Notes: a model not told the origin generated them from the sequence alone. A stretch of 64,000 nucleotides of DNA from Roseburia sp. (GCA_041336395.1 JBGKWP010000007.1:165845-229844), one strand, 5' to 3'; counted from the stretch's first letter, positions 19,649 to 29,351 are shown. Numbers and translations: made by a program.

Positions 19649-19688
19649 AAAAGGCGCCGGGAACATTTCGTTCCCGGCGCTTTCTTTT
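19649..19688. terminator. Bidirectional intrinsic terminator after argG
   Basis: GCGCCGGGAAC-atttc-GTTCCCGGCGC flanked by A and T runs. Confidence 0.9.
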
Positions 19689-20293
19689 TATCTGCATCCG
19701 TATGCTTCTAATTCTTTTTGCACCTGTTCGATCGTCCGGAAATGGATTCCGTGAATCCCTTCCCTTTTCGCACCCTCCACATTCTCAAGGCGGTCATCGA
19801 TAAACACGCACTCTTCTGCTGTTAAACCAAACCGACTTAATAATGTCTGGTAAATATCCGCGTTCGGCTTGATCTGCTTCACAGCATAAGAAAGAATCGC
19901 GCCGTCCACAAGCGCCAGGAAATCAAGTGCTTCCTCTTTTGTCTTCTGATACGTCCAGTCACCGTAGTTGGATAAAATATAAACATGAAACCCCTGCTCC
20001 TTCATGCTGTGAATCCAGTCCTTCGTATAGGAGAACTGATGCAGGGAAAGTTCCACATGATTCCAGAACAGGTCGATCTCCTCCCTCAGTTCCGGTGATT
20101 TTTTATGAAATTCTTCGAGAATCTCTTCTGATGAGAGCACACCGCGGTCTGCTTCGTTCCAGAAATCCGTTTCAACAGTAGCTGCCGCCACTTTCTGTAC
20201 CATCTCTTCTGAAAGTCCAAGCTCTCGCATAGCGCCTTTCGGATTCCAGTCCACTAAGACATTTCCGATATCTAATACGATGTTTTTTATCAT
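19688..20293 (-). CDS. HAD-family phosphatase
   Basis: MIKNIVLDIGNVL, LSNY, KP, FIDDRLENV; RBS AAAGGAG before ATG 20293. Confidence 0.9.
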   Translation of the reverse strand: MIKNIVLDIGNVLVDWNPKGAMRELGLSEEMVQKVAAATVETDFWNEADRGVLSSEEILEEFHKKSPELREEIDLFWNHVELSLHQFSYTKDWIHSMKEQGFHVYILSNYGDWTYQKTKEEALDFLALVDGAILSYAVKQIKPNADIYQTLLSRFGLTAEECVFIDDRLENVEGAKREGIHGIHFRTIEQVQKELEAYGCR

Positions 20294-20333
20294 TTTATCT
20301 CCTTTCCGTCTGTGAAAGAAATAGCCAATTGCG

Positions 20334-20380
20334 AAAGAAAAGGTACCAGCAGCCCTCACAAATCGTACTGCTGATACCTT
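20334..20380 (-). terminator. Intrinsic terminator after purA
   Basis: AAGGTATCAGCAG / CTGCTGGTACCTT stem followed by TTTCTTT on the minus strand. Confidence 0.75.
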
Positions 20381-20394
20381 CTGCCTGATCGATC

Positions 20395-21678
20395 TTATTT
20401 TACATTGCGGTAGATAATATCTTCTCTTCCTGGTCCATTGGAAACCATGGTGATCGGGTATCCGATCTGCTCTTCCACGAACTCGATGTACTTTCTGCAG
20501 TTCTCTGGAAGATCCTCATAGTTCTTAATTCCACGGATATCGCATTTCCATCCCGGAAGCTTCTTTAAAACCGGCTTTGCCTTCTCTAACTTTGCGGTAA
20601 CAGGGAACTCTGTAGTCACCTCACCATCAATGTCATAGCCTACACATACCGGAATCTCGTCTAAGTATCCTAATACGTCAAGAACTGTAAATGCAACATC
20701 TGTTGCGCCCTGCAGACGGCAGCCATACTTACTTGCCACGCAGTCAAACCATCCCATACGTCTTGGACGGCCTGTTGTAGCTCCGAACTCACCGCCATCA
20801 CCACCACGGCGTCTTAACTCATCTGCCTCATCTCCGAAGATCTCGCTTACAAATGCACCTGCTCCGACTGCGGATGAATATGCCTTGCAAACAGTCACGA
20901 TCTTCTTGATCTCATACGGAGGGATTCCTGCTCCGATTGCTCCATAAGCTGCTAAGGTGGAAGAGGAAGTAACCATTGGATAGATTCCGTGATCCGGATC
21001 TTTTAAGGTTCCAAGCTGTCCCTCTAATAAAATATGTTTGCCCTCTTTGATCGCCTTGTCTAAGAATAAGGAAACATCTCCGACATACGGAGCTACCATA
21101 TCTCTGTACTCATGTAAAGTAGCCAATAACTCTTCTTCTTTTAATAATGGTTTGTGATACATATGCTCAAGCATGATGTTCTTTGTCTCACAGGTACGTT
21201 TTACCTTTGCCTGCAACAGCTCCTCATCGAATAACTCGCTTACCTGGAAACCGATCTTCGCATATTTGTCTGAATAAAACGGTGCGATACCGGATTTCGT
21301 GGAACCGAAGGAGTTCTTTCCGAGACGCTCCTCCTCATACTGGTCGAACAGAACGTGATATGGCATTACGATCTGTGCTCTATCTGAAATCAAAATCTTT
21401 GGTGCAGGCACATTGCGGTCTGTGATAGACTTGATCTCGCTTATAATTTTCGGGATATCCAGAGCGACACCATTTCCGATAATGTTGGTGATGTGGCTAT
21501 GGAATACACCTGACGGCAAGGTATGCAGAGCGAATTTCCCGTAGTTGTTTACGATCGTATGTCCTGCATTTGCACCTCCCTGGAAACGGATTACGATATC
21601 AGCCTGATCTGCCATCATATCTGTAATTTTACCTTTTCCCTCGTCTCCCCAGTTTGCGCCTACTACTGCTGTAACCAT
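20395..21678 (-). CDS. purA: Adenylosuccinate synthase
   Basis: GANWGDEGKGK, QGGANAGHT, EFGATTGRPRRMGWFD. Confidence 0.98.
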   Translation of the reverse strand: MVTAVVGANWGDEGKGKITDMMADQADIVIRFQGGANAGHTIVNNYGKFALHTLPSGVFHSHITNIIGNGVALDIPKIISEIKSITDRNVPAPKILISDRAQIVMPYHVLFDQYEEERLGKNSFGSTKSGIAPFYSDKYAKIGFQVSELFDEELLQAKVKRTCETKNIMLEHMYHKPLLKEEELLATLHEYRDMVAPYVGDVSLFLDKAIKEGKHILLEGQLGTLKDPDHGIYPMVTSSSTLAAYGAIGAGIPPYEIKKIVTVCKAYSSAVGAGAFVSEIFGDEADELRRRGGDGGEFGATTGRPRRMGWFDCVASKYGCRLQGATDVAFTVLDVLGYLDEIPVCVGYDIDGEVTTEFPVTAKLEKAKPVLKKLPGWKCDIRGIKNYEDLPENCRKYIEFVEEQIGYPITMVSNGPGREDIIYRNVK

Positions 21679-21742
21679 TTGATTTTCCTCCTAATGTTTC
21701 CCACATTTTACGGCAATGCCGTTCATTGCCTTTTACTTCATT

Positions 21743-21808
21743 AGTATACACGAGGTTGGTGTATAAGTAAAATTGATATTCATTATATTTGGCATAATTG
21801 TTTCTTAT
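21743..21808 (-). promoter_or_regulatory. purA promoter with a LysR-type site at about -65
   Basis: -10 TATACT (21748-21743), 17 bp spacer, weak -35 TTTACT; ATAA-N7-TTAT at 21794-21808. Confidence 0.5.
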
Positions 21809-21984
21809 ATCATAAATCATAGATTTATGATCGTAATCTACACTCGCTTCGCTCGGCAGTCTTGTTGTACCATAAATTAAGGTTGTCTAATGCCTGCGCT
21901 GCCGGATGTTAGATTGTGTAAGTCAGAGATGGGGGACAGCTTAGCTGTTTTCTCAACCTGGTTCCGATAAAAACAGATCAGAAT

Positions 21985-22022
21985 AAAAAAAATCCTCAAA
22001 AACACACTGTTTTCAAGGATTT
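21985..22022 (-). terminator. Terminator of the tRNA operon
   Basis: AAATCCTTGAAAAC...GTTTTTGAGGATTTTTTTT hairpin with a U-run just 3' of the last tRNA. Confidence 0.7.
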
Positions 22023-22030
22023 ACAATGAG

Positions 22031-22104
22031 TAGCGAGAGGGGGATTCGAACCCTCGACACTACGGGTATGAACCGTATGCTCTAGCCAACTGAGCTATCT
22101 CGCC
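22031..22104 (-). tRNA. tRNA-Met(CAT), elongator type
   Basis: GGCGAGA acceptor stem, TACGG-TTCATAC-CCGTA anticodon arm, TTCGAAT T-loop. Lacks initiator features (C1:A72, GGG/CCC anticodon stem). CCA not encoded. Confidence 0.93.
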
Positions 22105-22121
22105 ATATTCTTTTAAAAATA

Positions 22122-22194
22122 TGGGACCTATAGGGCTCGAACCTATGACCCTCTGCTTGTAAGGCAGATGCTCTCCCAGCTGAGCTAAGATCCC
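22122..22194 (-). tRNA. tRNA-Val(TAC)
   Basis: GGGATCT/AGGTCCC acceptor stem, TCTGC-CTTACAA-GCAGA anticodon arm, TTCGAGC T-loop. Confidence 0.97.
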
Positions 22195-22200
22195 ATATAA

Positions 22201-22274
22201 TAGCGAGAGGGGGATTCGAACCCTCGACACTACGGGTATGAACCGTATGCTCTAGCCAACTGAGCTATCTCGCC
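22201..22274 (-). tRNA. tRNA-Met(CAT), elongator type, second copy
   Basis: Identical to 22031-22104. Confidence 0.93.
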
Positions 22275-22290
22275 ATGTTCTTTAAAAATA

Positions 22291-22363
22291 TGGGACCTAT
22301 AGGGCTCGAACCTATGACCCTCTGCTTGTAAGGCAGATGCTCTCCCAGCTGAGCTAAGATCCC
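22291..22363 (-). tRNA. tRNA-Val(TAC), second copy
   Basis: Identical to 22122-22194. Confidence 0.97.
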
Positions 22364-22399
22364 ATAAGTTTGTTCATTGCTTACGCAACTCGCTCTGCT

Positions 22400-22428
22400 A
22401 TTGTACTATGTACAAAGAATTTTGTCAA
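22400..22428 (-). promoter_or_regulatory. Sigma-A promoter of the tRNA operon
   Basis: TTGACA (22428-22423), 17 bp spacer, TACAAT (22405-22400), with an A-rich UP-like tract upstream. Confidence 0.85.
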
Positions 22429-22638
22429 CACCTTTTTTTGATGTTTTTTCAAATTTTTTGTAATTGTTTGTTTTATTGCAACTTTTTCACAAATTTTATC
22501 TGTCCGGCAAATTCCATATACTTTCCCACTAATCTGGTCTTTCTTTATAAACAATGGATCTCAAGCCCGCCTGTCCTTGTTCTATGGATTTGCTGCCGCG
22601 CAGGTCCTTCCGCAATAGAGTGTATTTTCCTGTGTATG

Positions 22639-22669
22639 AAAAAAGTGCCGGATACTTTTCCCGGCACTT
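22639..22669 (-). terminator. Intrinsic terminator after metH
   Basis: AAGTGCCGG / CCGGCACTT stem followed by a T-run on the minus strand. Confidence 0.8.
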
Positions 22670-22711
22670 CTCTATCTTCTTCCACTGGCACATCCAGCTT
22701 TTTCATGCTTT

Positions 22712-25162
22712 CTACTCTTTTTCAAGCAGCCTGTCCACTAACTTCACACATTCTGCCGCGTCCTTGGAGTATCCGTCCGCACCGATCTCATCTGCAAAGC
22801 TTTCATTGATCGCAGCTCCGCCGATGACGATCTTGCTCGTGCATCCTTTTTCCTTTGCGAGCTCTACCACGTCTTTCATGCGCATCATGGTGGTCGTCAT
22901 AAGGGCTGACAGACCGATGATCTCGGCATGTTCTTTCATGGCAGTCTCCACGATCAGAGACGCCGGGACATCTTTTCCAAGGTCGATGACGCGGTAACCG
23001 TAATTCTTTAACATCAGGACAACCAGATTCTTGCCGATATCATGGATATCGCCTTCTACTGTCGCCACAACCGCGGTCGCTTTCTGCTCCGCATCTTTGT
23101 GCTCTAACATTGGCTCCACATACTCGATCGCCATCTTCATGGTATTCGCGGAGGAGATCAGCTGTGGCAGGAAGTATTTCTGTTTATCAAATAAGACACC
23201 GACTTCGTTAATCGCCGGGATCAGATGGTCATTAATGATCTCATCCGGTTTCACCCCGGCTGCCAATGCTGCCTTGACTTCGTCTATAATGCTTCCCTTA
23301 TTTCCTTTTAATACGGCCTCATAAACCGCACTGTGTTCCTCCTTAGAGGACACAGCCGTGCCATCACCAGCCGCCTTTTTTTTCACAGGGACAAGAACCT
23401 TCTCCTGCCCTGCATATTTCTCCGCAAGCATGTTCATCCGATTGATATAGCGCAGGTCGCTTTCCGGCTTCGCTAACAGCAGATCTGAGGCAAATGCTGC
23501 GTTCATGAGCAGCTCCTGCGACGGATTGGCAATCGCCATTGTAAGCCCGTTTGCGATCGCCATCGTAAGGAACGCCGTGTTGACATACGATCTCTCCGGA
23601 AGACCGAACGAGATATTGGAAAGTCCGCATACCGTTGGAAGCCCAAGCTCGTTTTTACAATAGGCAAAGGTCTCATAACACTCCAGCGCAGCTCTCGGAT
23701 TGGCTCCGATTGTTGCCACAAGCCCATCCACAATGATGTCTTCTTTTGCAAGTCCAATCCGGATTGCCTCTTCCATCACAGAACGGATAATGCTGTGTTT
23801 TTCCTCCGAATCTTCCGGTAACCCTGTATCCGACAGAGGAAGCAGGATGAACATAGCGCCGTATTTCTTTGCAATCGGAAGCAGCGCCTCCATCTTCTCT
23901 TTCTCCATGGAGATCGAGTTGATCAGTGCGCGCCCCGGATAAATCCGGAGTGCTGCCTCAATGATGTCCACATAACTGGAATCGATGCACAGCGGACAGT
24001 CTACCGTTGTAGTCACTTCATAGATGGTACGAAGCATCATCTCTTTCTCGTCAATGCCATTCATTCCCATGTTGACATCTAAGATCTGTGCTCCGTTTTC
24101 CTCCTGATCCAATGCCATCTGGCGCACAAGATTTAAGCTGCCCTCACGAAGCTCTGCCTGTAACTTTTTCTTTCCGGTCGGATTGATCCGCTCACCGATT
24201 ACCATAAAACTTCCATCGAGATTGGTCTCTACCATCCGTCGCTCTGAAGTCAGCACTCTCCGTTTTACTGTAAGCGGTGTGCGGATCTGCATGCCGCAGA
24301 CTGCCTCTGACAATGCACGGATATGCTCCGGCGTCGTGCCGCAACATCCACCGATGATTGCAGCTCCGGCCTCCACAAGCTTCTTTCCCCAGGAAGCGAA
24401 TTCTGCCGCATCTGTGCGGTAAACTGTTTTTCCATTTTCTAACTCTGGAAGTCCGGCATTCGGCTTGGCAAGGATCGGTATCGTCGCAAACTGTGCCATC
24501 TGGCGTACCGGTTCTATCATATCTTCCGGTCCTGTGGAGCAGTTGATTCCGATTGCATCCGCCCCGAGTCCCTGTAAGACTACGGTTGCTGTTGCCGGTT
24601 CGGTTCCGTATAAGGTTCTTCCATCCGGATTATAAGTGAGGGATACCATAACCGGCAGGTCGCACACCTCTTTGATCGCAAGCACAGCGGCACGACATTC
24701 CTGAAGGCTCATCATCGTCTCCACTACGAAAAGGTCTGCCCCGGCTTCTGCCATCACGCGCGCCTGCTCTTTGTATACATCCACAAGGTCTTCGAACATG
24801 AGATCCCCGATTGGGTAGAGCTGCTGCCCCGTCATCGTCATATCAGCAGCCACCAGTGCCCTGCCCTTCGCTGCCCGTTTTGAAATCGCGATCAGCTCAC
24901 GGTTCATCTCCTCTAACCTGTCCTGTAACCCGTACTCCTCCAGCTTGATCCGGTTCGCTGTAAAGGTTGGCGCATAAAGGATATTCGTCCCTGCTGCCAC
25001 GTAATCCTCCTGAAGCTTCACCATCACATCTGGGTTTTCTAAGATCCACTGCTCCGGGCATACCCCTACCGGCATCCCCGCATTCTGCAGATTAGTTCCT
25101 GTTGCCCCGTCAAGAATCACCGGTCCGTTTTTTGTTAATTCTGCAAATTCCTGTCTTGTCAT
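22712..25162 (-). CDS. metH: Cobalamin-dependent methionine synthase core (homocysteine-, pterin- and B12-binding domains; no reactivation domain)
   Basis: ILDGATGT, GINCSTGP, IIGGCCGTTPEHI; IGERINPTGKK; EGDIHDIGKNLV and GLSALMTTT B12 motifs; ends at 816 aa. Confidence 0.9.
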   Translation of the reverse strand: MTRQEFAELTKNGPVILDGATGTNLQNAGMPVGVCPEQWILENPDVMVKLQEDYVAAGTNILYAPTFTANRIKLEEYGLQDRLEEMNRELIAISKRAAKGRALVAADMTMTGQQLYPIGDLMFEDLVDVYKEQARVMAEAGADLFVVETMMSLQECRAAVLAIKEVCDLPVMVSLTYNPDGRTLYGTEPATATVVLQGLGADAIGINCSTGPEDMIEPVRQMAQFATIPILAKPNAGLPELENGKTVYRTDAAEFASWGKKLVEAGAAIIGGCCGTTPEHIRALSEAVCGMQIRTPLTVKRRVLTSERRMVETNLDGSFMVIGERINPTGKKKLQAELREGSLNLVRQMALDQEENGAQILDVNMGMNGIDEKEMMLRTIYEVTTTVDCPLCIDSSYVDIIEAALRIYPGRALINSISMEKEKMEALLPIAKKYGAMFILLPLSDTGLPEDSEEKHSIIRSVMEEAIRIGLAKEDIIVDGLVATIGANPRAALECYETFAYCKNELGLPTVCGLSNISFGLPERSYVNTAFLTMAIANGLTMAIANPSQELLMNAAFASDLLLAKPESDLRYINRMNMLAEKYAGQEKVLVPVKKKAAGDGTAVSSKEEHSAVYEAVLKGNKGSIIDEVKAALAAGVKPDEIINDHLIPAINEVGVLFDKQKYFLPQLISSANTMKMAIEYVEPMLEHKDAEQKATAVVATVEGDIHDIGKNLVVLMLKNYGYRVIDLGKDVPASLIVETAMKEHAEIIGLSALMTTTMMRMKDVVELAKEKGCTSKIVIGGAAINESFADEIGADGYSKDAAECVKLVDRLLEKE

Positions 25163-25205
25163 GCTTTTTCCTTCCAGGTTCTCTCTTCTTCCAGATTCCG
25201 CTGTC

Positions 25206-26981
25206 CTATTTCAGTGCAGCCGGATTAATTTTCTTTGTCCGGATCTCTTCTTTTAACATTTCTACAAACTCTTCCTTCGGAACTGTTGTAGTAGCCTGCT
25301 CTCCGTGAAGTCTGTAGCTTACTGTTCCGTCCTTCACTTCGTTCTTTCCAAGAATGATCAGGTATGGCACCTTCTCAACCTGTGCGGCTCTGACACGGTA
25401 ACCAAGCTTCTCTGCACGCTCGTCGATCTCCACACGGATATCGTTAGCGTCAAGATAATCAAACAGTTCGTGGGAATATGCGTTTAACTCCTCGTCCTCG
25501 TTCTTGACCGGGATAATTCTTGCCTGTACCGGAGCCAGCCACAGCGGAAGGTTTCCTTTTGTCTCCTCTAAGATATAAGCCATAAAACGATCCAGGGATC
25601 CAAGGATTGCTCTGTGGAGTACAACCGGTGTCTTCTTATTGCCGTCTTTGTCAATATAGCTTAAGTTGAACTTTGCAGGCAGGCAGAAATCAAGCTGGCA
25701 GGTGGAAAGTGTATACTCGTTTCCGATCGCCGGTTTTACATTGACATCAAGCTTTGGTCCGTAGAAGGCTGCCTCGCCGATCTCTTCTGTGTATTCGATA
25801 CCGAGGTCATCTAATACTTTTCTTAATGCGTTCTCCGCCATATTCCACATCTCATCATCATCGTGGTATTTTACCTTATCGGCCGGGTCTCTTAAGGAAA
25901 GGACACAGCGGTAATCTGTAATATTGAAATCTTTGTATGTGTCAAAAATTAGATCTACTACCCGTGAGAACTCGGACTCGATCTGCTCCGGTGTTACGAA
26001 CAGATGAGCATCGTTCTGGCAGAAATGACGTCCTCTCTCGATTCCTTTTAACGTACCACTTGCCTCGAAACGGAAATCATGTGCGATCTCACCGATACGG
26101 ATTGGAAGATCTTTATAGGAGTGCATTCTGTTTGCATAAATCATCATATGGTGTGGGCAGTTCATCGGGCGGAGTACGAAGGATTCCCCTTCCACTTCCA
26201 TAGCCGGGAACATATTGTCTTTGTAATGATCCCAGTGACCGGATGTCTTGTACAGGTTGACCGTACCAATACATGGTGTCATAACGTGCAGATATCCAAG
26301 CTTTCTCTCTTTTGCCTTAATGTAGTTCTCGAGCTCCTGCCATACTGTATAACCCTTCGGAAGAAACATTGGAAGTCCACGTCCTACCAGGTCATCGGAC
26401 ATGAACAGATTCATCTCTTTTCCGATCTTTCTGTGGTCGCGGTCTTTTGCTTCCTCTAAAAGCTTCAGATGCTCCTCTAACTCCTCAGCTGTCGGGAAGC
26501 AGACACCGTAAATACGCTGCATAACGTGATTATTCGCATCACCTTTCCAGTATACACCGGAGTATTTGACAAGCTTAAAGTTCTTGCAAAGCTTTGTGCT
26601 CTCTACATGAGGTCCACGGCAGAGATCTGTGAAGTCTCCCTGGTCGTATACGGAAATATTGCCATCCTCAAGACCTTCGATCAGATCTAACTTGTATGGG
26701 TCATCCTTGAACATTTCCAGTGCCTCAGCCTTGGAAATCTCACGTCTGTAAATTTTCTTGCCTTCCTTGCAGACTTTCTTCATCTCTTTCTCGATTGCTG
26801 CAATTGCCTCGTCATTGATGATGTCATCCCCGAGGTCAATATCATAATAGAACCCTTCTTTTACAACAGGTCCTACCCAGAACTTTGCCTGTGGGTATAA
26901 ATGTTTGACTGCCTGCGCCATCACATGTGCACAGGAGTGGTTCAATGTGTTTAATCTCTCGTCTGCTTTGAAATCTACCAT
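25206..26981 (-). CDS. thrS: Threonine--tRNA ligase (short form without the N-terminal TGS domain)
   Basis: HSCAH, DLCRGPH, RDHRKIG, RPMNCPHH, AAFYGPKLD, HRAILGS. ATG 26981 follows AGAAAGG; the ORF-track extension to 27083 is the T-box leader. Confidence 0.97.
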   Translation of the reverse strand: MVDFKADERLNTLNHSCAHVMAQAVKHLYPQAKFWVGPVVKEGFYYDIDLGDDIINDEAIAAIEKEMKKVCKEGKKIYRREISKAEALEMFKDDPYKLDLIEGLEDGNISVYDQGDFTDLCRGPHVESTKLCKNFKLVKYSGVYWKGDANNHVMQRIYGVCFPTAEELEEHLKLLEEAKDRDHRKIGKEMNLFMSDDLVGRGLPMFLPKGYTVWQELENYIKAKERKLGYLHVMTPCIGTVNLYKTSGHWDHYKDNMFPAMEVEGESFVLRPMNCPHHMMIYANRMHSYKDLPIRIGEIAHDFRFEASGTLKGIERGRHFCQNDAHLFVTPEQIESEFSRVVDLIFDTYKDFNITDYRCVLSLRDPADKVKYHDDDEMWNMAENALRKVLDDLGIEYTEEIGEAAFYGPKLDVNVKPAIGNEYTLSTCQLDFCLPAKFNLSYIDKDGNKKTPVVLHRAILGSLDRFMAYILEETKGNLPLWLAPVQARIIPVKNEDEELNAYSHELFDYLDANDIRVEIDERAEKLGYRVRAAQVEKVPYLIILGKNEVKDGTVSYRLHGEQATTTVPKEEFVEMLKEEIRTKKINPAALK

Positions 26982-27009
26982 TTTCTTTTTTTCCTTTCTT
27001 ATCATTAAT

Positions 27010-27252
27010 GAAAAAAACGCCCCTGATATTGCAAAATACAACATCAGGGACGATATGCTCATCGTGGTTCCACCCATCTTCATCTCCGCTACAAATTGTG
27101 CGGCAGGGATCTCATTCTGATGATAACGGTATCACCGGACCGGATTGGGGTCACTCGGAGCTGGTCTTCACATAAGCCTATGCCGGAACGCTTCCACCGT
27201 ATGCCTTCCTCTCTGTGACATTGTCCTTATGTTACTTTTCTCTTCAACGTTT
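27010..27252 (-). ncRNA. T-box riboswitch with Thr specifier (ACC)
   Basis: Minus strand: AGTA and CAGAGA stem I motifs, GAAG-ACC specifier loop, T-box AGATGGGTGGAACCACG, and terminator CGTCCCTGATGTTG...CAATATCAGGGGCG-TTTTTTT directly upstream of thrS. Confidence 0.93.
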
Positions 27253-27328
27253 TGAACAGGGTTCATTCTAACCCCTTTTATTCTGTCTGTAAAGTAGTTT
27301 CCCACATTTTTTCAAAAAAATGTCAAAA

Positions 27329-27829
27329 CTATCTTCCGCAGCAGTATTTGTACTTCTTGCCGCTTCCGCATGGGCATGGATCGTTACGTCCGACCTTCTT
27401 GCCAACGTGTACCGTTCCGGACTTCTTCTGCTCTAAGAATAAAGTTCTCTTCTTCTCTGCATCGAAGATCTTGTCCCACTGTGGCAGTTCGTATAACCAC
27501 TCTGCCCTTGCATCTACCATGTTCTTGTATAACTTCTCTTTATCAAAAGCAAGGCTTACAACGGTATCTTCTTCCATGGTATCGATAGGATTAGCCTCCA
27601 CCAGGCTGTCGTTGATTCCGTCTAAGAATCCCGTCATCTCCATAACAGAGAGATGGTACTTCTCAGCGAGCTCTTTGACAGTTCCTTCTACCTTCTCATC
27701 CGGGTTCTCAAGAAGCTGCTCGTATACACCCTTCTCAAGAAGGAAGTATCTCTGCCAGAATCTCTGTAATTCTCCTTTGTCCGTTTTCTCATTATAGGCA
27801 ACTTTCTGCCACTGTTCTAATAATGCCAT
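27329..27829 (-). CDS. SEC-C metal-binding domain protein
   Basis: C-terminal [28 protein letters not shown] before ATG 27829. Confidence 0.92.
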   Translation of the reverse strand: MALLEQWQKVAYNEKTDKGELQRFWQRYFLLEKGVYEQLLENPDEKVEGTVKELAEKYHLSVMEMTGFLDGINDSLVEANPIDTMEEDTVVSLAFDKEKLYKNMVDARAEWLYELPQWDKIFDAEKKRTLFLEQKKSGTVHVGKKVGRNDPCPCGSGKKYKYCCGR

Positions 27830-27932
27830 TTTACATTCCTCGATTTCTAAATTTATCGTGCTGCCAGTCTTCCCCGGCACATGTGTACCTCATTATAGCA
27901 GAGAATCCCTCATTTTTCAAAGCATTTTTCCG

Positions 27933-27964
27933 AAAAAGCCGCAATTCTTATATTTTTTGCGGTT
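27933..27964 (-). terminator. Intrinsic terminator after glmM
   Basis: ACCGCAA...TTGCGGC stem followed by TTTTT. Confidence 0.6.
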
Positions 27965-29351
27965 ACGCCACAACGTGCCCCTTCGCGCGCACAACATCCA
28001 CAACCTGATCTACATACTGTCTGCAAAGCTCTTCTGTCTCTGCCTCGACCATCACACGTAACAGCGGTTCTGTGCCGGATTCCCTCACAAGGATACGCCC
28101 GGTGTCACCAAGGACATCTGTGACTGCCTGTACGGCTGCCTGCACATCTGCATCTGCCTGCGCCTCTGCCTTATCCTTCACGCGGACATTCACAAGCACC
28201 TGCGGATAGATCTTGAGTCCTTCCATTAACTGGCTCATCTTCTTTTTCTTTGCCATCATGACTTCCATCATCTTAAGGCTTGTCAGGATACCGTCACCGG
28301 TGGATGCATATTTGGAGAAAATAATGTGTCCGGACTGTTCTCCTCCGAGACGGCAGCCATTCTGGGTCATATACTCATACACATATTTATCTCCGACTGC
28401 GGTCTTCGCATAGTCAATTCCGAGCTCGTCAAATGCCTTGTACAGACCAAAGTTGGACATGACTGTCGTAACAACCGTGTTGCTCACTAACTTGCCGCGC
28501 TCTTTCATATATCTGCCATAAATATAAAGGATCGCATCTCCGTCCACCACGTTGCCATTCTCGTCCACACACAGACAGCGGTCCGCATCTCCGTCATAGG
28601 CAAATCCGACATCAAGACCATTCTCCTTCACAAACTTCTGTAAGCCACCGATATGGGTGGAACCTGCATTGTTGTTGATGTTCACACCGTTCGGCTCCGC
28701 ATTGATCACATAAGTCTTCGCACCAAGTGCGTCAAAAACAGACTTTGCAATATTCCAGGAACTTCCGTTCGCGCAGTCTAGTCCGACCTTCACACCCTTG
28801 AAAGAATAGACACCGAGCGAGATCAGATAGCCGATGTAACGGTTCCGTCCTGCAACATAATCTACCGTGCATCCGATCTTCTCTTTGTGTGCATATGGAA
28901 CTTCCTCATACTTCTGCCCGAACAGTTCCAGCTTTCCGTCTAAGTAATCCTCTACAAGACGAATCGTCTCCTCGTCCATCTTCTCACCGTTTCCATTGAT
29001 AAGCTTGATTCCATTGTCATAGTACGGGTTGTGGCTTGCTGAGATCATAATGCCACAGTCAAACTCATCCACGCGTGCCACATAAGCCACAGACGGAGTT
29101 GTCGTAACATGAAGCAGATAAGCATCTGCCCCGGAAGCAACCAATCCGCCAACAAGCGCATACTCAAACATATAGCTGGAACGGCGGGTATCCTTGCCAA
29201 TCACGATACGAGCAGGCTCCTCTTCCCCTTTCTGACGCTTCAGTTCGCCATAATACCAACCAAGAAAACGTCCGATTTTATATGCATGGTCTGCTGTCAG
29301 ATTCTCATTTGCCTCTCCACGGAAGCCATCTGTTCCAAAATATCTACCCAT
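27963..29351 (-). CDS. glmM: Phosphoglucosamine mutase
   Basis: YFGTDGFRG, MISASHNP, DGDADR, GGEQSGH, RESGTEP. Confidence 0.96.
   Translation of the reverse strand: MGRYFGTDGFRGEANENLTADHAYKIGRFLGWYYGELKRQKGEEEPARIVIGKDTRRSSYMFEYALVGGLVASGADAYLLHVTTTPSVAYVARVDEFDCGIMISASHNPYYDNGIKLINGNGEKMDEETIRLVEDYLDGKLELFGQKYEEVPYAHKEKIGCTVDYVAGRNRYIGYLISLGVYSFKGVKVGLDCANGSSWNIAKSVFDALGAKTYVINAEPNGVNINNNAGSTHIGGLQKFVKENGLDVGFAYDGDADRCLCVDENGNVVDGDAILYIYGRYMKERGKLVSNTVVTTVMSNFGLYKAFDELGIDYAKTAVGDKYVYEYMTQNGCRLGGEQSGHIIFSKYASTGDGILTSLKMMEVMMAKKKKMSQLMEGLKIYPQVLVNVRVKDKAEAQADADVQAAVQAVTDVLGDTGRILVRESGTEPLLRVMVEAETEELCRQYVDQVVDVVRAKGHVVA

Noticed and set aside
21679..21740. Possible purine riboswitch in the purA leader
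   Set aside because: Only two small hairpins are present; the conserved purine aptamer core is absent.
22031..22104. CAT-anticodon tRNA considered as initiator Met or Ile2
   Set aside because: It lacks the C1:A72 mismatch and the GGG/CCC anticodon stem, and its GGCG...CGCTA body fits the Firmicutes elongator tRNA-Met. Ile2 is not formally excluded without a covariance model.
22031..22366. Tandem repeat considered as a CRISPR array
   Set aside because: The repeats are complete tRNA genes; there are no unique spacers and no cas genes.
22505..22595. GCAAA-containing imperfect hairpin considered as a c-di-GMP riboswitch
   Set aside because: It lacks the GNRA loop/receptor and second-stem consensus, and there is no suitably placed downstream gene.
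26982..27083. N-terminal extension of ThrS given by the ORF track
   Set aside because: It corresponds to the T-box antiterminator/terminator; the real RBS precedes ATG 26981.
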